NCBI GenBank assembly: GCA_965203055.1
Contig: OZ241863.1
Location: 416,001-480,000, forward strand
From: Spirochaetia bacterium
Lineage (GTDB): Bacteria > Spirochaetota > Spirochaetia > SZUA-6 > Bin103
Length of the DNA stretch: 64,000 nt
Reading direction: 5' to 3'
Positions 43,172-53,258 of this stretch are shown piece after piece. The position numbers and the translations under genes are program-made. Each line of letters opens with the position of its first letter. Positions within the stretch are counted from its first letter, which is position 1. The notes beneath the pieces are model-generated. The model was not told where the DNA came from and searched no databases. It saw only the letters and a list, made by a program, of their open reading frames with translations.

Positions 43172-45952
43172 ATGGCCCTCCTCAAACGAGTCGAGTTGCT
43201 CGGCTTCAAATCGTTTCCCGAGCGGACCATCGTAGACTTCTCCGCGGGCATCTCGGCCGTCGTGGGGCCCAATGGCGGCGGCAAGAGCAACGTCGTCGAT
43301 GCCATCCGCTGGGTACTTGGCGAGCAGAACCCGCGCGCGTTGCGCGCCGAACGCATGGAAGACGTGATCTTCGGCGGCACCGAAGACCGCAGCCGCGTGG
43401 CGGTGGCAGAGGTCACGCTGGTCCTGGAGAACGACGACCAGTCGTTCCCGATCGACGTTGCCGAGGTTGAACTGCGCCGCCGGCTGTACCGGTCGGGCGA
43501 GAGCGAGTACCTGGTAAATCGCCAGCCGGTGCGGCTGCGCGACCTGCGCGAGCTGTTCCTGGATACCGGGGTCGGCAAGAACGCCTACTCGGTGATGGAG
43601 CAGGGACGCATCGATCTGCTGCTCGCGGCCAGACCCGAAGAGCGGCGCCAGGTATTCGAAGAGGCGGCCGGCATCGCTCGTTACGGCGCGCGCGGGGCGG
43701 AAGCGGAGCGCCGGCTGCAGCAGACCCGCCGCAACATGAACCAGATCGAAGCGATCATCGCCGAGATAAAGCGCTCTCGTGACGTACTCGCCGATCAGGT
43801 GGAACGCGCCAACCGGTACCGCAGTCTCCGGGAGCGGGTGTTCGGCGCCGAGCGCGACCTGGAGCTGATCCGCCTGCGCGAACTGGAGGCGCGGAGCGCG
43901 GCCATCGGGCGCGACTTGGCGCAGGCACAGGAGCGCCACGAAGAACTGCGCGCGAAGCGCGGCCGGGCATTGGCCGCGGCGCAGCACGGCGCGAGCCGCG
44001 CCCGCACCATGGAAGCGGAGGTGGTGAAGCTCGAACGGCAGCTCTACGGAGTGGATCTTACCCGCGGCAACACCCGTGAACGGATGGCCGCGGCCCGCGA
44101 GCGCATCGCCGAGAGCGAGCGCAGCATGGCCGGCTACCGCGACCGGGACCGCGCGGCAGCCGCCAAGATCGCGGACCTGGAACGGTTGCGCGGCAGCAGA
44201 CTGGATGCCCTGCAGGCCGCCGGCATCCGGCTGGGACAACTGCAGGATGCTCACACCCAGGCCGGCGCCGCGGCCGGCGGCGTGGAGCAGCGCATGCGCC
44301 GCAACGACGCCGCCGCGGCGCAGGCCGGCCGCGCCACCGGCGCGGGCGACCAGCGGCTGGAGGAGCTGCGCGCCCGCCTGCGGGAGACCACCGAGGACAT
44401 CGTCGCCAGTCTCGACTCCAGACTGCAGGCCTCCGGCTATTCCCCGGAAGCGCGCGCCGCGGCGGAACAGGACATCGCGCGCCGGTTGCGGGCGCTGACC
44501 GCCACGTTGAGCGCGGACTCCGCGGACGCCCGGCGCCTGGAGGCAGCCCGCCGCCAGGTGGCGGAACTGGAGGCGCTGATCCGCTCCTACGGCCAGCTCG
44601 CGTCGGCGTTCATCGACGACTTCCTCTCGCCGCGCGGCATCGTCACCCAGAAACGGCGGCTCGACGAGGAACTGGGCGCCACCATGATGCGGATTGCCGC
44701 GGCCCGCGAGCGGGCCGATGCGGCGCGGCGCGCCAATCGCGAGTTGGCCGGCGAGCTCGAACGCCTGCGGCGCAAGATTCACGACCTGCAGGTAGAACGC
44801 GCGCGCAATCAGGCGCGCAAGGACAGTCTCGCCGCCGAGTGCGGGCGCATCGACGGCGAAATCGCCGAGCAGCAGGGACGGCGCCGCGAACTGGCCAACG
44901 ACGCGCGTAGCGCCTCCGAAGCGGTAGCCGCCATGACCGCGGCGCTCGGCGGCCTGGAAGCGCGGCAGGCTGAGTTGGAGCAGGAGGAGCAAGCGCTGCG
45001 GCAGCGCCACGCCGAGCTGGACGCCGCGCTGCAGGGGGAAGGCGACAAGCAGGCCGCCTGCCGCCGCGAGGTGCGGCAGTTGGAGGAGAAGCTGGAACGC
45101 TCCGGCGCGGCGACCGGGCGGCTGCAGCTACGCGCTACCGAGGTTGCCACCGAGATTCGCGCCACGCTGCGCAACTTCCGGGAGACGCATGCCCTGGATC
45201 TGTCGCAGTACCGGTTGGAGCCCGCCCCAACGGAGTCGCGCGGCGAGCTGCGCGCCGCGCTGGCGCGGCTGCGCGAGCAAGTGCGCCGCATCGGGCACGT
45301 GAACCTGATGGCGCCGGAGCAGTTCCGCGAGGTGGATGAACGCTACCGGTTTCTGCGCGGCCAACTCCGCGACCTGGAAACCGCCTCGCGCGACCTGGAG
45401 CGGGTGACCGACCAGATCCGCGCCGAGTCGAGCGCTTTGTTCCGGCAGTCGTTCCGGGAGATCCGGGAAGCGTTCCAGGCCATGTTCCGGCGCCTGTTCG
45501 GCGGCGGCCGCACCGAACTGAAACTCACCGATCCGGATGACGCGCTGGGGTCCGGCATCGAGTTCTACGCCCAGCCGCCCGGCAAGAAGCTGGAGAACAT
45601 CGCGCTGCTGTCCGGCGGCGAACGCGCCTTGACCGCGGTGGCGCTGCTGTTCGCCCTCTACCGCGTGCGCCCGTCACCGTTCTGCATTCTCGACGAGATC
45701 GACGCCGCGCTGGACGATGAGAACGTGGGCCGACTGGTGGAACTGCTCACCGAGTTCAGCGCCCGGACCCAGTTCCTGGTCATTACCCACAACAAGCGCA
45801 CCGCCGCCGGAGCCACTCACCTGTACGGCATTACGATGGAGGAACAGGGCGTGTCGCGGCTGGTCACGCTGCGCCTGCCCGCCGCCGAACGCGCCGCGCG
45901 GGCCGCCGAACGCGAACCGGCAGCCGTTACCACCGCCGCAACCGCCACCTGA
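43172..45952 (+). CDS. smc: Chromosome segregation SMC-family ATPase, short form
   Basis: GFKSF, GPNGGGKSN, LSGGE, PFCILDEIDAALD, ITHN. About 926 aa. Confidence 0.92.
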   Translation: MALLKRVELLGFKSFPERTIVDFSAGISAVVGPNGGGKSNVVDAIRWVLGEQNPRALRAERMEDVIFGGTEDRSRVAVAEVTLVLENDDQSFPIDVAEVELRRRLYRSGESEYLVNRQPVRLRDLRELFLDTGVGKNAYSVMEQGRIDLLLAARPEERRQVFEEAAGIARYGARGAEAERRLQQTRRNMNQIEAIIAEIKRSRDVLADQVERANRYRSLRERVFGAERDLELIRLRELEARSAAIGRDLAQAQERHEELRAKRGRALAAAQHGASRARTMEAEVVKLERQLYGVDLTRGNTRERMAAARERIAESERSMAGYRDRDRAAAAKIADLERLRGSRLDALQAAGIRLGQLQDAHTQAGAAAGGVEQRMRRNDAAAAQAGRATGAGDQRLEELRARLRETTEDIVASLDSRLQASGYSPEARAAAEQDIARRLRALTATLSADSADARRLEAARRQVAELEALIRSYGQLASAFIDDFLSPRGIVTQKRRLDEELGATMMRIAAARERADAARRANRELAGELERLRRKIHDLQVERARNQARKDSLAAECGRIDGEIAEQQGRRRELANDARSASEAVAAMTAALGGLEARQAELEQEEQALRQRHAELDAALQGEGDKQAACRREVRQLEEKLERSGAATGRLQLRATEVATEIRATLRNFRETHALDLSQYRLEPAPTESRGELRAALARLREQVRRIGHVNLMAPEQFREVDERYRFLRGQLRDLETASRDLERVTDQIRAESSALFRQSFREIREAFQAMFRRLFGGGRTELKLTDPDDALGSGIEFYAQPPGKKLENIALLSGGERALTAVALLFALYRVRPSPFCILDEIDAALDDENVGRLVELLTEFSARTQFLVITHNKRTAAGATHLYGITMEEQGVSRLVTLRLPAAERAARAAEREPAAVTTAATAT

Positions 45953-45982
45953 CGGCCGGCGCTGCCGGCGCTTTCCGGGTAG

Positions 45983-46012
45983 TGGACACGGCCGCGGGCA
46001 GCCCGCTATCCT
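45983..46012 (+). promoter_or_regulatory. Putative promoter of tRNA-Gly
   Basis: TGGACA-N18-TATCCT ending 8 nt before the tRNA. Confidence 0.55.
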
Positions 46013-46020
46013 GCGCCTGC

Positions 46021-46092
46021 GCGCCTGTCGTATAACGGTCATTACCCGAGCCTTCCAAGCTCGTGATGGCGGTTCGATTCCGCTCGGGCGCT
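46021..46092 (+). tRNA. tRNA-Gly(TCC)
   Basis: GCGCCTG/CGGGCGC acceptor stem, CGAGC-CTTCCAA-GCTCG anticodon arm, GGTTCGATTCC. Confidence 0.94.
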
Positions 46093-46167
46093 CTATTTCG
46101 ACACCCCGCCGGCATGAGCGGCCACGGCGCCGCGCCCTGGCGGGGTGGGCGCGGCGCGCGGCCGTGT

Positions 46168-47838
46168 CTACCGGTACATGCGGTCGTAGGCGATCTGCAG
46201 GAGTTCCACGAAGCGGTCCACCTTCAGCGCCTCCAACTGGGCCAGATAGTTGTTCCAATCGGCGTCGGAGTTGACGTCCAGGTCGCCGGTCACGAAGCGG
46301 GCGAAGCTCTGGTCGACGAATTCCTTGAGCGGCGCGCGGAGCTGGCCATACTCGCGGCCTTCGTCGAAGTCGTGGATCAGCGGGCGCACGATCTCGTCGG
46401 GCTGGTGGCCCTCATACTTGTCGAGCGACTCCCAGTACAGGCGCGGCTCGATCGACAGCGGATCGTCAGATACCGGCACCTGGCGGTCGAAGAACCCCTC
46501 CTCGAAGTAGTTGGGATACATGTGCCCCACCTTGTGGTTGTGGGCGGTGTTGAACACGTTGATCTGCTTCCACAGCGCCGTCTCCCCGGTGTAGGCCATC
46601 TCGCCCGCCTCGGCCCAGCGCCAGCCTTCGCCTTCGGGGCCGAAGAACGGCACCATGCGCGACGCTCCGGGCCGGTGCACGAAGTCGAAGTACTTGATGA
46701 TCGCCACCTGCTCCAGGCCGCTGGCCGCGGTGGTCAGGCTGAACTTGGAGCCGCGCTGGTTCTTGGGGTAGTAACCGGTGAACTGCGCGCCGTTGGGCCC
46801 CACCAGCGGCGGCACCGAGCGGTACTGGCGGTGCATGGTGCCCTGCGGCGCCAGCGCACCCCACGGCACGCCGGCCTGGTGCGCGCCAACGCGGGCCGGC
46901 CCCTCGACGCCGCCGTTGTTCAGGGTGTGGAGCTGGTTGCGGTCCATCACGAACGCCTCGCCGTCGAACAAGCCGTCGGCGTAGAGGCCGTGCAGGAAGC
47001 TCAGGCCTTGCCGCCACTCGTCGGTCGTGAACGCCGGCGAGATCACGCCGCCGCTTACCACCATGCGGTGCGAGTTGGTGGGGTCGCCGAAGCCGTCGTC
47101 GTAGATGAAGGCGTTCATCACGAACGCGCCCGGCCGGCTGCGCCAGTAGTTGATCAGCCCCGAGTAGGGTATCTCGTCGTTCGGATCGCCATTGCCGTTG
47201 GCGTCCTGATCGCGGAACGCCTCCAGCACGGCGCGCAGCTCGGCGGTGGTGGCGGGCATTTCCAGCCCCAGCCGTTCCAGCCACTCGACGTTGATCCACA
47301 GTTTCTGCGACAGCGTGGAGTGGTAGGCCACCGGCCGCTCCGACAGCGCGTAGATGTGGCCGTCGGGCGCGGTGAGCTGGCGCGGCACCAGCGGATCCTC
47401 GGCGAACACGCGCTTGATGTCGACGGTGTGCTCCTCGATCAGCCCTTCCAGCGGCGCCAGGTAACCTTGCGAGCCATACAGGAACTGCTGTTCGGTGGTG
47501 ATGCCGGAGTTGATGATCATGTCCGGCAGGTCGGAGCCGGCGGCCAGCACCAGGTTGATCTTCTGCCCGGCGTCGGAGCCGGTCACCACGTCCCATTCGA
47601 CGTGCAGATTGGTCTGCTCCTCCAGCCAAGTCACCGCGTGGTTGGTGGTGATGTCCTGGATGCGCGCGTCGACGTTGGCCAGCGCCGTCACGGTGATCAG
47701 CTCGTCGCTGATCGGGTAGACGCCGGGCGCCGACAGCTCCTCCGGCGCGGCGCCGGCGCCCTCTCCTTCGGCGCCGGCGAAGGCCGGTGCGGGAGCCAGC
47801 AGCAGCGCGGCCCCCATGATCGCGTGGAGTCGTTTCAT
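46168..47838 (-). CDS. Carbohydrate ABC transporter extracellular solute-binding protein
   Basis: Signal peptide, DLPD, PDGHIYAL, WLERLGL, DANGNG. Downstream of two permeases. Confidence 0.9.
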   Translation of the reverse strand: MKRLHAIMGAALLLAPAPAFAGAEGEGAGAAPEELSAPGVYPISDELITVTALANVDARIQDITTNHAVTWLEEQTNLHVEWDVVTGSDAGQKINLVLAAGSDLPDMIINSGITTEQQFLYGSQGYLAPLEGLIEEHTVDIKRVFAEDPLVPRQLTAPDGHIYALSERPVAYHSTLSQKLWINVEWLERLGLEMPATTAELRAVLEAFRDQDANGNGDPNDEIPYSGLINYWRSRPGAFVMNAFIYDDGFGDPTNSHRMVVSGGVISPAFTTDEWRQGLSFLHGLYADGLFDGEAFVMDRNQLHTLNNGGVEGPARVGAHQAGVPWGALAPQGTMHRQYRSVPPLVGPNGAQFTGYYPKNQRGSKFSLTTAASGLEQVAIIKYFDFVHRPGASRMVPFFGPEGEGWRWAEAGEMAYTGETALWKQINVFNTAHNHKVGHMYPNYFEEGFFDRQVPVSDDPLSIEPRLYWESLDKYEGHQPDEIVRPLIHDFDEGREYGQLRAPLKEFVDQSFARFVTGDLDVNSDADWNNYLAQLEALKVDRFVELLQIAYDRMYR

Positions 47839-47974
47839 GCGACTTCCTCCTTGTTTGACGGGTTGCCGGCGGGCCGCCGCCGCGGCCGCCGAGCCAGGTT
47901 CACGCGCCGCGCCGAGGCGGCGGGACGCAAGGGATTGTACCACCATCCCCCGCGCCGTGCCGATCAGCCCTCAT

Positions 47975-48904
47975 TCAGCCCTTCAGCGATCCGATCATCA
48001 CCCCGCGCACGAAGTACTTCTGCACGAACGGGTAGGCCGCCAGCACCGGCAGGCTGGCGACGATGATCAGCGCGAACTGCAGCAGGTCGCGCATCCCCTC
48101 CAGCGCCTCCATCTCCTTGGGATCGATCAGATCCGCCTCGATGGTGTTGATGATCAGGATGGCGCGCAGGAAGAGCTGCAGCGGGAACAGCTCCTCCTTG
48201 CTGAGGTAGATGAAGGCGTCGAAGAAGGAGTTCCAGTGAAATACGGCGTAGAACAGGGCGTTGACCGCGGTGATGGCGCCCGACAGCGGCACCACGATCG
48301 ACCACACGAAGCGCAGGTCGCTGCAGCCGTCGATGCGCGCGGCCTCCAGCAGGTCGGGGCTGATGGTGGTCTGGTAGTAGGTGCGGGTGATGATCACGTT
48401 CCACACCAGGAGGCCCTGCGGCAGCAGCATCGCCCAGCGCGTGTTGAGCATGCCCAGGTCGCGCACCAGCAGGTAGCTGGGGATGATGCCGCCGTTGAAC
48501 AGCATGGTGAAGACCAACAGCGCCATGTAGATGTGGCGCGCCTTGAAGTCGGGGCGCGACAGCGGGTAGGCGGCCATCACGGTGAGCACGATGTTGATGG
48601 CGGTGCCCGCGATGGCGTAGAACAGGCTGTTGCCGTAGCCGATCCACACCTTGCGGTACTCGAAGATGGCGTCGTAGGCGCGTAGCGTGGGGCGCACCGG
48701 CAGCAGCCACATCTCGCCGCCCACGGTCGCCTCCGGCGCGCTGACCGAAGCGCTGGCGATGTAGATCAGCGGATAGGCGACGCCGATCAGCACCAGCGCC
48801 AGGAAGGCGTAGTTGAAGCCGTCGAAGATGCGGTCGACGCGGCTCTTGCCGATGCGCCGGCGCACCACGCGGTCGAGGGCGAGGACCGGCTCCCGGGCTA
48901 CCAC
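47975..48904 (-). CDS. Carbohydrate ABC transporter permease
   Basis: EAARIDG motif, WNSFF, YPFVQKYF...G.LKG. Confidence 0.93.
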   Translation of the reverse strand: MVAREPVLALDRVVRRRIGKSRVDRIFDGFNYAFLALVLIGVAYPLIYIASASVSAPEATVGGEMWLLPVRPTLRAYDAIFEYRKVWIGYGNSLFYAIAGTAINIVLTVMAAYPLSRPDFKARHIYMALLVFTMLFNGGIIPSYLLVRDLGMLNTRWAMLLPQGLLVWNVIITRTYYQTTISPDLLEAARIDGCSDLRFVWSIVVPLSGAITAVNALFYAVFHWNSFFDAFIYLSKEELFPLQLFLRAILIINTIEADLIDPKEMEALEGMRDLLQFALIIVASLPVLAAYPFVQKYFVRGVMIGSLKG

Positions 48905-49833
48905 AGACTGGTGCCGCTGACGCGGCGCGCGATCTGGTTGACGACCAGGATCAGCGCCAGGTTGACCACCGAGTTGAACAGGCCGATGGCGGTGGCGAAC
49001 GAGTAGTCGGGCACCGGCGAGGCCAGCCCGATCTTGTAGACGTAGGTCTGAATCACCTCCGAGGCGGTCAGGTTCAAGGGCGTCTGCAGCAGGAACGCCT
49101 TCTCGAACCCCACCTGCATGATGCGCCCGGTCTCCAGGATCAGCAGGATGATGGCGACCGGCAGGATGCCCGGAACGTCGATGTGGCGGGTGCGCTGCAG
49201 CTTGGAGGCGCCGTCCACGATCGCCGCCTCGTGGAGCTGCGGGTCGACGCCGGCGAGCGCCGCCAGGTAGATGATCGTGCCCCAGCCGGCGTTCTGCCAG
49301 ATGCCGGAGATCACGTACACCGACTGGAACAGATCCGGTCTGCTCATGAAGGAGATCCGTTCCAGTCCGAGCCCTTCCAGCACGTTGTTGACCACCCCGG
49401 TGTGCAGCGCCAGATAGCGCATGATCATGCCGGCCATCACCACCGTGGAGATGAAGTGGGGCGCGTAGGTGGTCAACTGCACCGTCTTCTTGAAGCGGCG
49501 GTGTTCGACGTTGTTGAGGGCCAGGGCGAGGATGATCGGGACCGGAAACGAAGCCGCGATCTGATACGCGGACAGGCCGAAGGTGTTGCGCACCACGGTC
49601 CAGAACTGCGGCGACTCGAAGAAGCGCTCGAAGTTGGCCAGGCCGACCCAGGGACTGCCCCAGATGCCGCTTCTGGTAAAGAAGTCGCGGAACGCGATCT
49701 GCGCGCCTGCCATCGGCAGGTACTTGAAGACGATCAGGTAGATCAGCGGCAGCGCCAGCAGCAGGTGCAACTGCCAGTTCACCCGCGCGTCGCGCAGCAG
49801 CGAAAACCGTGAGGTGGCGGCGGGCGGCCTCAT
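48898..49833 (-). CDS. Carbohydrate ABC transporter permease (LplB-like)
   Basis: SPWVGL, PHFISTVV, EAAIVDGA, GFEK. Confidence 0.93.
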   Translation of the reverse strand: MRPPAATSRFSLLRDARVNWQLHLLLALPLIYLIVFKYLPMAGAQIAFRDFFTRSGIWGSPWVGLANFERFFESPQFWTVVRNTFGLSAYQIAASFPVPIILALALNNVEHRRFKKTVQLTTYAPHFISTVVMAGMIMRYLALHTGVVNNVLEGLGLERISFMSRPDLFQSVYVISGIWQNAGWGTIIYLAALAGVDPQLHEAAIVDGASKLQRTRHIDVPGILPVAIILLILETGRIMQVGFEKAFLLQTPLNLTASEVIQTYVYKIGLASPVPDYSFATAIGLFNSVVNLALILVVNQIARRVSGTSLW

Positions 49834-49904
49834 CGGGCGCGCATCCTATCCCACTGTTCCGGCGGTCGCAAAGACGCCGCGCGCCGCACTCGCCGCACTC
49901 GCCG

Positions 49905-51431
49905 TCAGCGGCGGCGGTCGGTGGCGCGCGGGACCACGTCGCAGGTTTCCTGGTACCAACGCAGCAGCCGCAACCGCAGCTCGCCCAGCACCTCGCGCCA
50001 GGCGGGCTCGTCGACGAGGTTGCGTCGTTCCCCCGGATCGCGCGTGAGGTCGTAGAGCTCGTCCTTCTCGTACAGGCGCTGCACGTACTTGTGCGCCGCG
50101 GTACGGCACATCGCCGCCTTGCCGTGGTACGGCGCGTCGAGTTGGACCTGGAGCCGAATCCGGGGCGCGTACAGGCCCAGCGGTCCGGCGGCGCTGGCGC
50201 TCTCGCGCTCGCTGGCCTGCGCCTCGCCCAGGCGCCGGCCGCCTTCGCAGAACACGGCGTCGCGCCCGGCGCCGGAACCGCTCAGCAGGGGCAGCAGACT
50301 GCGCCCGAAGTGGTCGTAGCCGGGGTCGATGCCGGTGAGGTCGTAGACGGTCGCGGTAAAGTCCACCAGCTCCACCAGCGCGTCGCAGACGCGCGGCGTC
50401 ACCGCCGTGCCCGCCGGCGGCTTGACGACCAGCGGCACGCGGGTCAGGCAGTCTTCGAACGTGTTCTGGGTCTTCTCGACCAGCCCGTAGTCGCCGGTAA
50501 AGTCGCCGTGGTCGGAGAACAGGAAGATGGCGGCATCTTCGTAACGCCCGCAGTCGCGCAGCGCGGCGGCAAGCAGACCGAACTGATGATCGACGCGCGC
50601 GCACATGCCGTAGTAGGTGGCGCGCAACTCGCTCCAGCGCGCTTCGCTCCAGCCCTGCAGACCCTGCCCCCGGCGGATGCCGCCCAGAATCGACGGCTTG
50701 CCGGTTTCGTCCGCCGGCGCCGGGATGCGGCGCGGCAGCGCGCTGCGGTCCACACTCCCGTACCACGGCTCCTCCACGCAATACGGGGGGTGCGGGTAGG
50801 TAAGGGGCAGGTAGATGCACAGCGGCTGCGGGCCGCGGTAGGCGCGCAGAAAGTCGATGGCGCCGAGCACCATCGCCCAGTCGTGGTCGCAGTAGCAGGG
50901 TTCCTCCCCCCGCTCCAGCCGGCCCTTGAAGAAGCTGTAGAAGTTGTCGCCGTCCGGGCCGCCGCGCCACGCCAGCTCGCCGCCGTGATTGCCGGCCCGC
51001 GGGGTGCATCCCCAGCGCCGGTAATCGGCCGCCGTCGGCTCGAACCGCACGTCGCAACAGGGGGACAGGTCCGCCTGCCCCGGTACCAGGTCGTTCTTGC
51101 CGCCCCACCACACGAAGTAGCCGTGTTGCTTGAGGATGCGCAGCAGGTTGGGTTCGTCCCACTCGGAATGGAGCATGTGATGCATGGTGCGGTGCCCGCG
51201 CACGTGCGGGTACCAGCCGCTCATGAAGCTGCAGCGGCTCGGCGTGCACACCGGGTTCTGGCAGAAGGCGCGCGAGAAGGAGACCCCGTCCTCCCGCACC
51301 AGGCGGTCGATGGCCGGCGTCAGCGCCGCCGGGTTGCCGGCGTGGCCGAGCACGTCGCCGCGCCACTGATCGGGGTTGAAGATGATGAGGTCGGGGCGGC
51401 CGGCGGTCCGCGGCGCGGCGCTCTCTTGCAT
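49905..51431 (-). CDS. Sulfatase (Cys-type, formylglycine-dependent)
   Basis: DQWR, CTPSR (CxPxR), YPHPPY, SDHGD, ELYDLxxDPxE. Confidence 0.92.
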   Translation of the reverse strand: MQESAAPRTAGRPDLIIFNPDQWRGDVLGHAGNPAALTPAIDRLVREDGVSFSRAFCQNPVCTPSRCSFMSGWYPHVRGHRTMHHMLHSEWDEPNLLRILKQHGYFVWWGGKNDLVPGQADLSPCCDVRFEPTAADYRRWGCTPRAGNHGGELAWRGGPDGDNFYSFFKGRLERGEEPCYCDHDWAMVLGAIDFLRAYRGPQPLCIYLPLTYPHPPYCVEEPWYGSVDRSALPRRIPAPADETGKPSILGGIRRGQGLQGWSEARWSELRATYYGMCARVDHQFGLLAAALRDCGRYEDAAIFLFSDHGDFTGDYGLVEKTQNTFEDCLTRVPLVVKPPAGTAVTPRVCDALVELVDFTATVYDLTGIDPGYDHFGRSLLPLLSGSGAGRDAVFCEGGRRLGEAQASERESASAAGPLGLYAPRIRLQVQLDAPYHGKAAMCRTAAHKYVQRLYEKDELYDLTRDPGERRNLVDEPAWREVLGELRLRLLRWYQETCDVVPRATDRRR

Positions 51432-51499
51432 CCGCTACAGGATAGCACGGCGGCGGCGGCTCGACGAAGTGGCCGCCCGGCCCTATGCTGGCAGCGGTG

Positions 51500-53257
51500 A
51501 TGAGTAACGCTCCTCCGCAGATACCCTACGGCTGGGCCGACTTCCGGATGATACGCCGCGAGCGCGCCCTGTACGTCGACAAGACCCGGTTTCTGCATGA
51601 CCTGGAGCAGGAGCGGTACGCCTTTCTGATCCGCCCGCGGCGCTTCGGCAAGTCGTGCTGGGTGTCGCTGCTGGCGTACTACTACGACCGCGCGCGCGCC
51701 GACCGCTTCGCCACCCTGTTCGCCGGCACCGACGTCGGGCGCCGGCCGACGCCCAACCGCCACCGGTACGTGATCCTGCACTTCGACTTCTCCGCCTTCG
51801 ACGACACCCTGGAGACGCTGCGCGAACGGTTCGAGATCTACTGCTTCATCAAGCTGCGCGCGGCGCTGGAACGGAATCGGGATCTGTTTCCACAACCGGT
51901 AATCGATCGCATCCTGGCGCACCCGGCCATCGACGGTCGCCTGAACGAGCTGTTCTCCTACGCCGGCGAGCAGGGCATCCCGCTGTACGTGCTGATCGAC
52001 GAGTACGACAACTTCGCCAACACCGTGCTGGCCTGGCATGGCGCCGAGGCGTACCATTCCTTCACCCACGGCGGCGGCTTCTACCGCAACTTCTTCGCCA
52101 CCCTCAAGGCCGGCGCCGGCTACGGCGGCGGCATCGAACGCCTGTTCGTCACGGGCGTCTCTCCCATCACCATGGACGACGTGACCAGCGGCTTCAACAT
52201 CGGCGCCAACATCAGCCTGCGCCAGAGGTTCAACGAGCTGCTCGGCTTCACCGGGGCGGAGGTACGCGGCCTCCTGGAGAGCTATCGGGACCACGGCGTA
52301 TTCGATCAGGACGTCGACGAGGCGATGGCCGTGATGGGCGAGTGGTACAATGGCTACCGGTTCGCCGAGGACGCCGCGAACGATATCTACAACACCGACA
52401 TGGTGCTCTACTACCTTAAGGCATCGATCCCGAACGATCGTCCTCCGCGCGAACTGATCGACACCAACGTGCGGATCGACTACGGCAAGCTGCGTCACCT
52501 GCTGACGGTCAACCGGCAGCTCAACGGCAACTTCGACCTGCTGCGCCACGTCATCGGCGAAGGCTGGGCGGACAGCGAAATCACGAGCGGCTTCCCGCTG
52601 GAGCGGCTGCAGGAGCGGGAGAACTTTCTGTCGCTGCTGCACTTCTTCGGGCTGCTCAGCATCCGCGAGGCGCGCGCCGGCATGCCCCGGCTGGGAATAC
52701 CGAATCAGACCGTCAAGCGGCTGATGTACGGCTACCTGCGCGACGGCTACCGCGACGTCGGCGTGTTCTCGGTGGACCTGTACGCCTTTGCCAACCTGGT
52801 GCACGAGATGGCGCACCGCGGCGCCTGGCGGCCGGTGCTGGAGTTCCTGGCGGGCGCGATCTCCCGGCAGAGCAGCATCCGCGACTACATCGACGGCGAG
52901 AAGGTGATTCAGGGGTTCCTGGCCGCATACCTGAGCTGCACCGATCACTTCGTGTTCCACTCCGAGCGGGAGCTGGGCGGCGGCTACGCCGACATCTGCC
53001 TGGAACCTCACCTGCAGCGCTACGCCGGCATGCGCCACGGGTACGTGATCGAACTGAAGTATCTGACGCGGCGGGAAGGAGCGAACGCGGCGCAGGTCGC
53101 GCAGGCGGCGCGGCAAGCCGCCGCGCAGGTAGGGCGCTACCTGGCCGATGAACGCCTGGCGCGCCAGTATCCGGCGGTGGGCTTCACCGGACTGGCCGTC
53201 GTGTTCCACGGCTGGGAGCTGGCGCACTGCGCCGCCGTATCCGCCGCGCGCGGCTAA
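51500..53257 (+). CDS. AAA-ATPase-like domain plus C-terminal PD-(D/E)XK nuclease protein
   Basis: YVDKT, RPRRFGKS, LIDEYD, WYNGY; C-terminal E...GYADI...IELKY. Confidence 0.9.
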   Translation: MSNAPPQIPYGWADFRMIRRERALYVDKTRFLHDLEQERYAFLIRPRRFGKSCWVSLLAYYYDRARADRFATLFAGTDVGRRPTPNRHRYVILHFDFSAFDDTLETLRERFEIYCFIKLRAALERNRDLFPQPVIDRILAHPAIDGRLNELFSYAGEQGIPLYVLIDEYDNFANTVLAWHGAEAYHSFTHGGGFYRNFFATLKAGAGYGGGIERLFVTGVSPITMDDVTSGFNIGANISLRQRFNELLGFTGAEVRGLLESYRDHGVFDQDVDEAMAVMGEWYNGYRFAEDAANDIYNTDMVLYYLKASIPNDRPPRELIDTNVRIDYGKLRHLLTVNRQLNGNFDLLRHVIGEGWADSEITSGFPLERLQERENFLSLLHFFGLLSIREARAGMPRLGIPNQTVKRLMYGYLRDGYRDVGVFSVDLYAFANLVHEMAHRGAWRPVLEFLAGAISRQSSIRDYIDGEKVIQGFLAAYLSCTDHFVFHSERELGGGYADICLEPHLQRYAGMRHGYVIELKYLTRREGANAAQVAQAARQAAAQVGRYLADERLARQYPAVGFTGLAVVFHGWELAHCAAVSAARG

Positions 53258-53258
53258 A

